This document shows positions 1 through 13,379 of a stretch of 64,000 bases of DNA, one piece after another (within the stretch, counting starts at the first letter, position 1; each line of letters starts with the position of its first letter). Source of the stretch: Octopus vulgaris (Eukaryota); NCBI GenBank assembly GCA_951406725.2, contig OX597815.1, forward strand, positions 182,280,001-182,344,000. The letters are read 5' to 3'. Under the pieces are notes generated by a model. That model worked only from the letters and a program-made list of their open reading frames with translations. It ran no database searches and was not told the origin of the DNA. Made by a program: the position numbers and the translations under genes.

Positions 1-59
1 TGAACTCAGAACGTAACGGCAGACGAAATACCGCTAAGCATTTCGTCCGGCGTGCTAAC

Positions 60-62
<3 letters not shown>
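1..62 (-). mobile_element. tRNA-derived SINE family B, head fragment cut by window edge
   Basis: Reverse complement matches the head of the copies at 38196, 43411 and 49004 (aacgttagcacgccgg..cggtatttcgtctgccgttacgttctgagttca). Confidence 0.85.
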
Positions 63-113
<51 letters not shown>

Positions 114-851
114 CGTATGTATGTATGCATGCTTGTATGTATGTTTGTAAGAATTTGTTGTTTAGCCGTAGACTTATCCTGATCGCATAAACCAATAATC
201 AAAACATTCTAGAGGGCCCCTTTTGTTGTTAAATTGTATCCTTCAATATGATAGAATGTGTCCCTTATACGACAGAATGTGTCCTTCTCTCTGTGGGAGA
301 TTCGGCTGCTAGTTTAAGAAATGCAGACAGCTACGTACTTGTCAGGTGTTGTCTTACTTAAGATTAATTCATTCGTTCTGTCAATATTTACTCTTTCACA
401 TAAACTACGATTTATCCACACGCAATGAAGCGTTAATCAGGTTCAGCGTTAAATTACATATATAAATATACTGATTCGCTATAGCATTAAAAAGCTGTCA
501 ATCACAGAGGAATAAACGTAAAAATCGTTGCTTCTATTTCTGTCGCTTTGGATTGACAGCTTCATCTATATGCAAAGTACTTTCGTCGATAAATTGAAAA
601 ACATTTATGAGGCAATAAATACTAAATTGTAAATTATGTTTTCAGTCGTTCTAGTGACTGCTTTATTATTTGGATGATAATTCTTTGCTTTGCAATATAT
701 TCTTCCAAAATGACGTTCTGTTAACCTGAATGATCAGTTCTTAAAGGACATAAAAAAATTATCATCACAATGTTTCTCTACTATTTTACTTTCACAATTG
801 TAGGGCGCAATCTACACTCCCGAATTCTGCATATGCATATATATATATAAA

Positions 852-897
852 TGGCGGTGCCCCAGCATGGCCACAGCTCGTGAGCTGAAACTAGAAT
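852..897 (+). mobile_element. Isolated SINE/LINE 3' tail
   Basis: ggcggtgccccagcatggccacagctcgtgagctgaaactagaa; the same motif occurs reversed at ~33546-33591; sits between (TA)n tracts. Confidence 0.65.
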
Positions 898-902
898 CAA
901 TC

Positions 903-969
<67 letters not shown>

Positions 970-970
970 C

Positions 971-1032
<62 letters not shown>

Positions 1033-1033
1033 G

Positions 1034-1345
1034 AGGAGCATGGCTCAGTGGTTAGAGCGTCGAGCTTACGATCGTGAGGTTGTGAGTTCGAATCCCGGGC
1101 CGGGCTACGTGTTGTGTTCTTGAGCAAGACACTTTATTTCACATTGCACAAGTTCACTCAGCTGTAGAAATGAGTTGTGACGTCACAGGTGCCAAGCTGT
1201 ATTGGCCTTTGCCTTTCCGTTGGATAACACTGGTAGCATGGAGAGGGAAGGCTGGTCTCCCATATACAACCTTGCCCGGACTTGTGCCTTGAAGAGTAAC
1301 TTCCTAGATGCAATCCCATGGTCAGTCATGACAGAAAGAGGGGCC
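1034..1345 (+). mobile_element. tRNA-derived SINE with CORE-like central domain (family A)
   Basis: Pol III A box tggctcagtgg and B box gagttcgaatcc, followed by gttgtgttcttgagcaagacacttta...cactcagctgtagaaatgagt. 3' end approximate. Confidence 0.75.
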
Positions 1346-1426
1346 TCAGTAGATAAATATATAAATATATACACTCACACACAACATTCGACGCTACAGA
1401 CTGAAAGACAAACCGAAGACAAATTC

Positions 1427-1745
1427 TGGCTGTGTGGTAAGAAGCTTGCTTACAAACCACATGGTTCTGGGTTCAATTCCACTGCAAGGCACCTTGGGCA
1501 AGTGCTGCCTACTCTAATCTCGGGCAGTCTAAAGCCTTGTCAGTTGATTTGATTGACTGAAACTGAAAGAAGCCCGTCGTATATATTTGTGTGTGCGTCT
1601 TTGTGTCTGTGCTTGCCCCTCCACCATGTTTGTGGTGTTTACGTCTCCGTAAACTAGTGGTTTGGCAGAAGAGCACGATATATAAATTACTAGGATTAGA
1701 AAGAATAAGTCTAGGGGTTGATTTCTTTGACTAAAAGGCGGTGCT
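1427..1745 (+). mobile_element. tRNA-derived SINE family C (CORE-like)
   Basis: A box tggctgtgtgg, B box gggttcaattcc, then accttgggcaagtg; homologous to 8215-8645(-) and 12912-13022(+). Confidence 0.8.
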
Positions 1746-2187
1746 ACAAGTAAAACTGGCATGCTAAAAATATCAGTCCCTAGACGACTACACCCACAAA
1801 TTTTCACAAATACACGTTAATTAAAATCGGTAGAATGAGCAGAAATTCTAAGCCCCTGTACAAATAACGAAAATAATCGTAAATTGAAAAACCAGACAGT
1901 TCTTTATCACCACGATTTCAAATTTTGTGAAAAGGTCACTTAATTATCCTCAGTGAGTCTTACTGATTCAGCGTCATAGAAAACTTGTCATCTCAACCAT
2001 TTGTGCGATGATCGTTTTTAAAGCCGCAGCAAATTTAAATAGGTGACCGATTCTTTTCGCTGTTGCTACGGGGGCTTAGAATTTCTATTCATTTTCCCTA
2101 CTTGAGTTAAAGTGTATCAGAGAAAATTTGTGGTAGTAGTCATCTTCAGACTGCTATTTTTAGCTTGTTGGGGCAACTTGTAGCACC
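1740..2187. mobile_element. MITE / foldback-like non-autonomous DNA element with long imperfect inverted termini
   Basis: Starts ggtgctacaagt and ends acttgtagcacc; internal paired blocks gctaaaaata/tatttttagc, ccacaaattttc/gaaaatttgtgg and agaaattctaagcccc/ggggcttagaatttct extend >120 bp. Confidence 0.75.
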
Positions 2188-2204
2188 ATTAATTACTAAT
2201 ATAT

Positions 2205-2360
2205 ATATTCTCTTCTGTTTATTCTCTGTTATTCCTCTCTATTGAAGAGCGTAGGCTTCAGACGCAAAAGACTTTTTCACTTTTCCGAGCGTCAAACTAA
2301 AACACCTGCTTGTTGTTCAAAGCACCCCTCTTCGTCTTTTGTTTTTCTGGAAATTTCAAC
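2205..2360 (+). mobile_element. Short hammerhead-type repeat (family H1), degenerate copy
   Basis: ttgaagagcgtaggct...gagcgtc...cttcgtcttttgttt is homologous to 62741-62953(+) and 54962-55115(-); abuts (TA)n. Confidence 0.65.
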
Positions 2361-2426
2361 TATATATATATATATATATACAACCATCCATCCATCCATA
2401 CATACATACATACATACATACATACA

Positions 2427-2458
<32 letters not shown>

Positions 2459-2461
2459 CAC

Positions 2462-2556
<95 letters not shown>
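2462..2556. repeat. (AAT)n microsatellite, 5' flank of the RLE retrotransposon
   Basis: Read directly from the sequence. Confidence 0.98.
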
Positions 2557-5500
2557 GAGATTACACCGGGGACGTTAAACATGTGAGAGCGATAAAGCAG
2601 TGCTCCGAAATCTATCCACAAACATCAGAATCAAAGACATCGCATGGAGCTAAAAATAACTGACAAAGGATTGGACTATATCCGAGTAAGTAATACTCAT
2701 TGAAATTTATTACTATTTTCAAAACGAAATGATGTATTTTAACTCGATATCATCTCCACCTCTAACACAACACATGTAAACATGCTTGATACATTACGAT
2801 CCACCAACACCAGATGATCTCCGGCCCCAAACGCCATGTACAAAAAATCTACGAATAACTTAAATAATACCGATATTATTCAACCCAAGAATAACATTCG
2901 GGAAGTACGTACTGTAAACTTACAACATAAAATGTACGAAAAACTACACGTGCAAAACAATGTGACAACAGAAATGAACGGACCGGTACCCTACGAAAAT
3001 GACGACCGTCAAAATAATGGGCCGGACGTTGTTCCTCATGTTTCGCAAATTAAACCCCAAAGACATAAATGGACACGTGAGGAATACATTTCTATCCTAC
3101 ACGCTTACTTTACAGCAGTGCTCTACACAAAGAATGAAAATACAACAACACATACATACAAAATATGGAAGAAAAATAACATAAATAAAGACCTGGATAC
3201 AACGATGAACCCTAATAAACTAGCAAATATACGGAGATATTTTCTCAACGCAAAAAAAATATCAGAAATAGAAATAGAACATTTAAAAGAAAAAATACAT
3301 CAGGAAAATGTAGATAGAAACCACACAACAATGCCAAATAATATAAACACTGAAACAGTAAAGCACGAAGACAAACGTAACATTTCCAACAAAAACGATG
3401 TAAACAAAAAACAACAAACCCAGACCGTAAAGATACATAATAATACACGACAAACAGCAAGCCAAAACACGACAAACAAACATACGGATGAGATAGAAAG
3501 CGACACAAATCTAAAACCTGGAAACAACGAAGGGGAGCCTAATGATTATGAAACTATAATAAGTAGAATAATCAAAAAACTGAAAGCCACAGAGCTCAAA
3601 ATGGACCACCGACAATACCTCCCAAAAATCAAAATAAACAAAACAACAACATCAATTATAAACAATATAAACCTAGCCGTCACAGAACTAATAGCCACTG
3701 AAAGAAAAAGCGATATCACTGAGCTAAATAACTTAGTATACGCAGCAGCCACTGCAGCCACAAAAGAAGCTGGATACTCACTCAAACCCATCCAAACAGG
3801 AGTACCGCCACCCAAACAAACCCTGTGGATAAATAACATCCAAAACAAAATACCAAAAATGAGAAAAGATCTGTTGATTCTTAATGAAATCAGTAGACAA
3901 TCAACGCTACTGAGCAACAAAAAGAAAACAAAAATACTCCGCAAATACAACACCACAGAAAAAGATTTACCTGAGATAAAAGAAAAGCTAAAGCAATATA
4001 TCTTTGCTAAAGCACAAAGGATCCGCCGGTACAAGAAACGCCAACGTTTCTTTGAACAAAACAAAAAGTTCAACTCCAACCCCAAAAAATCCTAACAAGA
4101 ACTTGGCAAAAATAAAATAGAAATCACTGCAGCACCAACGGCAGAAGAAGTGGAAGGATTCTGGAGAGAAATATGGTCGGCGAACGAACAACCAAAAAAA
4201 AGGAGTATTAAAACAACAAACTCAGCATCTGAGCAACTTTGGACACCCATAACAACTGAAGAAGTCACCCAGGCACTGCAAAGACTAAGCAACTGGAAGG
4301 CACCTGGGCATGACAAGATCCCCAACTTCTGGTTCAAATATCTAACGGAAATGCACAAAAAGCTGGCTGAAAATTTTAACAACATACTAGCAGAGCCAGA
4401 GACAATGCCTGAGTGGCTCACGAAGGGGAAAACCATCTTAATTCCCAAATCAAATGAGACAGCAAAACCAGAAATCTACAGACCTATAACCTGTCTCCCT
4501 ACAATGTACAAGGCATTTACTGCAGCAATATCGCAAAGATTGAACAAGCACCTGGACGAAAACAACCTGTTTCCAGAAGAGCAGAAAGGATGCCGAAGAG
4601 GCTCATATGGCTGTAAAGATCAACTAATGATCAATAAAGCAACAACTGAAGACAGCCACAGAAAGAAGAAAGGCCTCAGTATGGCCTGGATCGACTACAA
4701 AAAGGCGTTTGATAGCATCCCCTACACATGGATTCTCGAAACACTAGCCATGAACAAAGTTGCACCAACAATTATAAAGTACATAGGACACTATGAATAA
4801 ATGCAAAACAGTGCTACAGCTGCAAACAAAAGAGGGACTCATGAAAACCAAAGACATCCCCATTAGAAGAGGAATATTCCAGGGAGATACGCTCTCTCCA
4901 CTCCTTTGCTGCTTGGCACTGTCAACTCTATCGGATATGCTAAACAGAACTGGATGCGGATATAAATGTTACGGCAAAAATATCAGCCACCTTTTATATA
5001 TGGATGACCTAAAACTATACGCAACAAATGACAACCAGCTGGAAACACTACTAAAGACAGTTCATGGATTTACCAAAGAAATAGATATGAAATTTGGATT
5101 AGAGAAATGCGCCAAAGTAACCCTGAAAAGAGGAAATCTAGTTAAGAGTAGCAGCATCACACTAGATAAAACCAATGAAATAAAAGAATTAGACCAAAGC
5201 CAAACTTACAAATACTTAGGAATCCATGAACTAGATAAGGCACAACACACACAAACGAAAGAGAAAATAAAAAAAGAATATTATAGACGAGTTAGATCAA
5301 TACTGAAAACAGAGCTCAAAGCTAAAAACAAGATACTAGGTATCAACACTTTAGCCGTCCCAGTTATAAGTTACAGCTACAATATCCTTAACTGGACACT
5401 AAATGAACTGACCAAAATAGATAGGAAAAAAGAAAAATAATGACAGGATCTAGGATGCATCACCCAAAATCTGACATACAAAGGCTATATATACAACGTA

Positions 5501-5694
5501 TAGATGGTGGTAGAGGCCTTATAGAGCTGGAAAACTACTATAAAATAACGACCATAGGACTGCAAAAATATCTACTTCAGAAGGAAGGAAAACTGATACG
5601 AATAGCGGCAAAACACGAGCAAAACAAAAAACTGTTCTCAGTATTTAAGGAAGCTGACAAATAGAAACAAGAAATCATACCACCTAACAAATAT

Positions 5695-5697
5695 GAA

Positions 5698-5732
<35 letters not shown>

Positions 5733-5823
5733 AGAAGAAGAAGAAGAAGAAGAAGAAGAAGAAGAAGAAGAAGAAGAAGAAGAAGAAGAAGAAGAAGAAG
5801 AAGAAGAAGAAGAAGAAGAAGAA
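5695..5823 (+). repeat. (GAA)43 tract in frame within the retrotransposon ORF (poly-Glu)
   Basis: 43 Glu codons (one GAG) in the same frame as ORF pieces 5440-5664 and 5845-6504. Confidence 0.95.
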
Positions 5824-6138
5824 ACAACAAAAGCTATAAAACAAATGAAATCCAAACTAAAAATAGAACAGCAACGAACCATGATAAAACGATGGCAAGA
5901 AAAGCCCCTTCATGGCAAATACTGGACTAAACTAAATGCAAAAGAAATAGACAAAGAAACATCCCAACAATGGTTGAGAAGCTCGGGACTCAAAGCAGAG
6001 ACAGAAGGATTTTTAATTGCAGCAGAAGACCAAAGCCTCCCCACCAGAAATTACCAAAAACATGTAATGAAAAGAAATATAACAAGTAACTGCAGAATAT
6101 GTGGAGATAGACAAGAAACAATAAATCATATTATCTCT

Positions 6139-6694
6139 AAACAAATTGAAAGCATGGCTGCTCTCGACTATTGGGATCGCCTTAAAGCCTTGAAACTTTA
6201 CTCCCTCCAGCGCCGCCGTGAGCGGTACATCATTTGTACGATGTGGAAAATATACCGCCAACTTTGCCCAAACGACCTAAACATTAGCTTCAAGGTTCAT
6301 CCGAGACTTGGACCACGGGCTATACGTCCCCTGCCAAATTCAAGATCACAACATACATGTACACTGCAACATAATTTCTTTTCCTCAACATGCCCTGCCC
6401 TATTTAACATTGTCCCGAGGGAGATCAAAGAGGAAAAGGATCCCATCAACTTCAAACAGAGTCTGGATAGATTCCTTCAAAGAATACCAGACAAGCCCCC
6501 ATAATTGGATACAACTCACCCAACAAGAACTCACTACTTGAACAAAACTGGATACAACTCACCCAACAAGAACTCACTACTTGAACAAAACTTGACTTAA
6601 ACAGGATTCGAATAATCCTATCAGGTGGTGCTATTAAGTTAGACATGGCCTGGACCAATCTCTGGTCGAAACATATCTAAGTTTTAAGTTTTTA
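6139..6694 (+). mobile_element. 5'-truncated CR1-like LINE 3' end nested in the R4/Dong element
   Basis: Encodes DYWDRLKALKLYSLQRRRERY..WKI..LFN..FKQSLDRFL, typical of CR1-group ORF2 C-termini; the host HIIS|GCPVL resumes after 6694; contains a 43-bp tandem duplication at 6506-6591. Confidence 0.85.
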
Positions 6695-7311
6695 TCTGGC
6701 TGTCCAGTCCTGGCTAAGAAGGAATATATTCACAGACACGACAGAGTTGGGACCTATATACACTGGAAACTATGCCACCATTATGGAATAACAACAGAAA
6801 AAAGATGGTATAGGCACACACCAAAAAAGGTCACAGAAAACGAGAAAGCAACCATACTCTGGGATATGCTGATACACACAGATAGAGAAATTAAGGCCAA
6901 CAGACCAGATATAGTTGTCAGAGATCATGAAGAAAAAAATGTTTTCTAATTGATGTATCAATACCAGCGGATGACAAAGTGTCTCTAAAAGAAATGGAGA
7001 AACTTTCAAAATACAAAGACCTGGAAATAGAGGTAACCAGATTGTGGAATCTAAAACCAAACAATCCCTATCATAATATGTGCATTAGGCATGATAAAAA
7101 CATTTTCAGACAAATACGTAACAAAAACACCAGGACTTACAAACACATATAACATACAGAAAATTGCACTACTAGGCACTGCACACATCCTACGCAGAAC
7201 ACTTTCCATACAATAACCATCAGAGCATCACAACAAATCACAGCACATACCCAAGGCACACAGAGCTGGGCTCGGTAGTGAAGTGAAAGCACGATATAAA
7301 AAAATATACTA

Positions 7312-7314
<3 letters not shown>

Positions 7315-7386
<72 letters not shown>
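7315..7386. repeat. (AAT)n microsatellite, 3' flank of the RLE retrotransposon
   Basis: Read directly from the sequence. Confidence 0.98.
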
Positions 7387-7387
<1 letters not shown>

Positions 7388-8214
7388 CTTCTTGAGAGAA
7401 TCGGGTAAGTGAATGATATGCACCAGGTACGGTTGAGTTAACTTGTGATCACCACCATTACTTCAATATATATCCACTAAAATATTCAGGTTGTGCACAC
7501 AGAGATAACCTCCTCTACGAGTATTTATCGCCTATAGTACTTTGAAATTATATGTATCATCTGATGAACACTGGGTTTTTGTTTATTTATTTTTATTATT
7601 ATTTTGTTTTGCAATGATGAAATGCACTCATTCATCTATTAAAAATGCGTAAGAAACAACTGTAATAAACTGACATTTATCCATCGCCTGTTAGTATTCA
7701 TTTGCTTATACACACACGTGCAAGTATATAAATATATATATGTATATAATATAATATAATATATGATATATAATATATATTCATATATAACAGGATTAAA
7801 AGCAGAAGTTATTTATTTATGTTATTACTTTGATGTTTGCAGCGATATTAATATTCAAATAAATCAAACTTAGTAGCTAAATGTATATATATATATATAT
7901 ATATTCTAATGACCATGGAGAGTTGAACAGTCCCATCGAATTTTGGAGAGGTGAAGAGCAGTAAATTGCTTCTAACTGACTCATAAGGGAAATATAACAT
8001 TAGGGGTATTGAAACTCATGAGGTAAAGGGATATTGCAGGAAAAAGGTGAAACTTTCACCATATTCTAACTATTCTACCATTCTATTCTATCAGTCTGAA
8101 AGGCAACTGTAAAATTACAGCATTTCAGTTGAGGATTGTAATACGTACATCCAAGAAGGAACTGAAACAATATCAATGATATATACAATGGCCAATATGT
8201 ATATATATTCCTTT

Positions 8215-8409
8215 CTTCTTTTATTCTTTTATTTCTTTGTCATCTAACTGCTGTCATGCTGGAGTAACACATTTAGTCGAGCAAATCGATCCCAGGACCT
8301 ATTCTTTGTAAGCCTAGTACTTATTCTATCGGACTCTTTTGCTGAGCCGCTAGGTTACGGGGACCTAAACACACCAGCATCGGTTGTGAAGCGATGATTG
8401 GGAACAAAA

Positions 8410-8479
<70 letters not shown>

Positions 8480-8645
8480 GACGGGCTTCTTTCAGTTTCC
8501 GTCTATTAAATTCACTCACATGGGTTTGGTCGGCCCGAGGCCACAGTAGAAGACACTTGGCCAAGGTGCCACGCAGTGAGTGGGACTGCACCTGGAACTA
8601 TGTTGTTGGTAAGCAAGCTACTTACCTCACAGCCACTCCTGCGCC
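8215..8645 (-). mobile_element. SINE family C, near full length, with internal (CA)/(TA) microsatellite
   Basis: Homologous to 1427-1745: head, accttggccaagtgtcttct, gaaactgaaagaagcccgtcg and tail ccagcatgacagcag. Confidence 0.8.
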
Positions 8646-8654
8646 TGCGTTTCT

Positions 8655-9825
<1,171 letters not shown>

Positions 9826-9927
9826 AATAATATATAGTCTATTGACTAATTCTTTTTACGCTAGGCCACTGGTAGTAAAAATTTCAAAAATTATTATTAC
9901 CCTGATATTATTAATTATATATATATA

Positions 9928-10125
9928 GTTAATCCAAACAAAAAACACAACAACGCGAGGAGGTGGAACAAATATAGTATTATTGGACGCTCAGGTAAGA
10001 AGGAAAGAAGGAGGGTTTAACGTTTCGAGCGGAGCTCTTCGTCGGAAACATAGGAGAAGGAAAGATCCAGAGAAGGGAAGACAGAGGAAAAAAAATCGCC
10101 AACGGTACATACGCGGTCACATTTT
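9928..10125 (-). mobile_element. Short repeat with minimal hammerhead motif (related to H1)
   Basis: Minus strand gttt-CCGACGA-a-gagc-tcc-gctc-GAAA-cg-TT-aaac at 10014-10050; flanked by (TA)n. Confidence 0.65.
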
Positions 10126-10226
10126 GAATCGATATATATACATGTATATATTTTGAATCAATATATCTATATATATATATGTGTGTGTGTGTGTATACAT
10201 ACATATATATATACACACACACACAA

Positions 10227-10289
<63 letters not shown>

Positions 10290-10850
10290 CATACAATATG
10301 CAAGCATACACTTGGGCAGTGGCATATATATATGAGTGCCTGTATCGCTAATTAGATACTTAGAAATACAAAACCTAGATCTTAATATCCCGAAAAATTG
10401 TGTTCAGTATGCATTTTCTCAGAGTCGTCAAGAATCAACATAAATTCTTTTATTCGGAGTTTTGTAATTAGTGATTTTCTTTCAGAATTACATGGAAAAG
10501 AATGTAAGTAATGCTTTGGTTATGCTTAATATTTTACGGTCTTCCCAGATACACCATATATTTTGAAACATACTATTTAACAGCCTTTAATAACCATTGT
10601 AGAATGTTTCCCTGGGCGACCGAAGATTAATAGTGTATATCTGTAATGGGACAATTAATTTCAAACGGATCTGGACCCAAAATTTCTGATTAATTTCGTG
10701 TACATAAGTGCACAGTGGTTTGTGTTAGCTTCGTTTTAATATTCACTGTTTAAAAATGCTTTCAAATGCATAACTGTAGGTTTATTTAACTTATGTATAT
10801 TTCTGTTGTTCTGAATTATACTGCCATGTATGCACATATACATATACATT

Positions 10851-11252
10851 GAAGAAGAAGAAGAAGAAGAAGAAGAAGCACTCTGTCCGTTACGACGATG
10901 AGGGTTCCGGTTGATCTGATCAACGGAAAAGCCTGCTCGTGAAATTAACGTGTAAGTGGCTGAGCACTCCACAGACACGTGTACCCTTAACGTAGTTCTC
11001 GGGGATATTCAGCGTGACACAGAGAGTGACAAGGTCGGCCCTTTGAAATACAGGTACAACAGAAACAGGAAGTAAGAGTGAGAGAAAGTTTGGTGAAAGA
11101 GTACAGCAGGTATCACCACCATCCCTGCCGGAGCCTCATGGAGCTTTAGGTGTTTTCGCTCAATAAACACTCACAGCGCCCGGTCTGGGGATCGAAACCA
11201 CGATCCTACGACCGCGAGTCCACTGCCCTAACCACTGGACCATTGCGCCTCC
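10851..11252 (-). mobile_element. tRNA-derived SINE family D with (TTC)n tail
   Basis: A box tggtccagtgg, B box ggtttcgatcc; head and body shared with 24371-24658; 3' part shared with 54455-54640. Confidence 0.85.
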
Positions 11253-11266
11253 ACATACATATACAT

Positions 11267-11343
<77 letters not shown>

Positions 11344-11419
11344 CAAACATATATACATACATAGATGCATATACATATGTAAATACATCCATACATCCAT
11401 CCATACATACATACACACA

Positions 11420-11712
11420 CAGTGGCGGACTGGCCAGATTACCAGCTTGCCCGATAGCAAGTGGCCTCCTGCGCCGTTAGAATCCATACAAGTTTGAGAA
11501 TTATTTATTCACTCCTGGAAGAATGTATTAATTTTTTCAACTTGGCTGTGTTTGTAGAGAGTTGAAAAGAATACCTTTAACAAAATAAATAAATAAATGA
11601 TAGCATTGCGGTTGCGGGTGGGCCCACTTGTAGTTGCGGGTGGGTCTTTGTGGTTACGGGTGGGCTCCCTTAGTCTCCGTGTAACCAATATTTTAGACCC
11701 AGTCCGCTACTG
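11420..11712. mobile_element. Non-autonomous hAT-like DNA transposon
   Basis: TIRs CAGTGGCGGACTGG and CCAGTCCGCTACTG; 8-bp flanks tacacaca/tacatata fit a decayed TSD; subterminal gcgggtggg repeats. Confidence 0.75.
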
Positions 11713-11973
11713 TACATATATACATACATACATACATACATACATACATACATACATGCATACATGCATACATACATACATACATACATACATACATACA
11801 TACATGCATACATGCATACATGCATACATACATACATACATACATACATACATGCATACATGCATACATACATACATACATACATACATACATACATACA
11901 TGCATACATACATACATACATACATACATACATACATACATACATACATACATACATACATACATACATACAT
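11713..11973. repeat. (TACA)n/(TGCA) microsatellite
   Basis: Read directly from the sequence. Confidence 0.95.
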
Positions 11974-12861
11974 TTCATGAGACATTATCTAATATATATA
12001 CATCTTTTCAATCATATTTTCCTAAAGTATAACGATGAAAGTTATAAAAACTAAATAATAAAGTTGATGATCGGAACTTTTACCTAATATTTTAATATTT
12101 CAGGTTTATGGAACTCCTGGAAAGCAATGGATAAACTGCATTGCTAACGAATTTCGGTGCTCTGAAATATCTGTGTCCAGAGCAGCGATATCAGCTAGCA
12201 GAACTTTTTCTATTTCTATGTTAATTTCTTAAAGAAATCATTCAAAACAAGAAATATCGACATACTAGTTGGAAGAACAAATCCTTGATCTGCACAATGA
12301 ATGTTTTATACCGTGATTAGCTTTGGTTTTCAAAACATAATTAGAAACTTTTACATAAGCATGCATACATAATTATATGCATTCATGCCAATATATATAT
12401 TGGTAAGATGGCTTTTTAGCTACTTGTTTTCCTCGAATTCACCAGTGTGTATATATGTGGTTTATTCTTGTTCATGAGTCGTTTAACACCTATTTCTAGC
12501 AACGCTGTGCACTGTCTGGTATCCTGATTGAAAATTAATAATTTTACCTTTTTGGTTATTTTATGCTTGCTAGTCACTTATAATATTACTTTTTATTATT
12601 AATAATAATATGTGTGTGTGTGTGTGTGTGTATCAGTGTGTGTGGAGGCGAAATGGCCCAGTGTTTAGAGCAGCAGACTCGCGGACATAGGATCGCGGTT
12701 AAAGAATAAGAGTTACACTACACACACATATGCCCACAAACTCACACACAAACACATGCCCACTCGCCCACACACGCACACACACAAACGCTCACACGCC
12801 CTCACACACACATGCATCCAGCCCCCACACCCTCACGTCCACATACACTCACCCCATATGA

Positions 12862-12905
<44 letters not shown>

Positions 12906-12911
12906 ATAAAT

Positions 12912-13022
12912 GCGCAGGAGTGGCTCGGTAATAAGTAGCTTGCTTACCAACCACATGGTTCCAGGTTTCAGTCCCACTGCGTAGCACCTTGGGCAAGACT
13001 CTTCTACTATAGCCTCGAGTCG
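12912..13022 (+). mobile_element. SINE family C, 5' half
   Basis: gcgcaggagtggct..ccacatggttccaggtttcagtcccactgcgtagcaccttgggcaag. Confidence 0.75.
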
Positions 13023-13379
13023 AATGTGTGTATATATATACATACATACGTACAAACATAGATATATATATTTATAAGCAGGAAACCACGGTTTCACGTA
13101 TTATATAAGAATGGTTTATGGTCTTAAAACCAATAGAAAACTAGCTTCAAATATTCTTGTAACACAATGAATACATAAATGAAGAGTTAATACAAAGCGG
13201 AAACGAGAACAGTATTATTATGTTGATTGAATTACAAAGAAGATAAAAGCAGATCAAAGGCCATAAATCACTTTAAAATATAATTGGTTATATCACTTCT
13301 TATTGAAAAGTGTGATAGAATTTTTCAATATATACACTGAACAAAATATGAAATGGAGTGATTTACAGTTGTGGATATT

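Larger units (their letters stand above)
2836..7216 (+). pseudogene. Disrupted single ORF (RT-CCHC-RLE) of the R4/Dong-type element
   Basis: In-frame stops at 4093-4095 and 5662-5664, frameshifts near 4795, 5435 and in the RLE region, nested insertion at 6139-6694; ends LLGTAHILRRTLSIQ* at 7216. Confidence 0.88.
2557..7314 (+). mobile_element. Non-LTR retrotransposon with RT and restriction-like endonuclease (R4/Dong-type), near full length, disrupted
   Basis: RT motifs NWKAPGHD, YRPITCL, EQKG, WIDYKKAFDS, GIFQGDTLSPLL, HLLYMDDLKLY; CCHC knuckle CRICG..HIIS/GC; RHD; RLE motif NRPDIVV..IDVSIP..KEMEKLSKY; (AAT)n on both sides. Confidence 0.92.

Noticed and set aside
852-897. Hairpin followed by GAAAC as a hammerhead
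   Set aside because: No CUGANGA core or stem I/III; better explained as a LINE/SINE 3' recognition stem-loop.
1034-1105. tRNA gene-like sequence (also at 17040, 24371, 26860)
   Set aside because: A and B boxes run into SINE-type bodies with no acceptor stem or terminator; these are SINE heads.
7555-7670. CTGATGA ... GAAACAACTGTA as a hammerhead
   Set aside because: About 85 nt separate the core halves with no convincing stem II and stem I is weak; possibly a decayed relic but unsupported.
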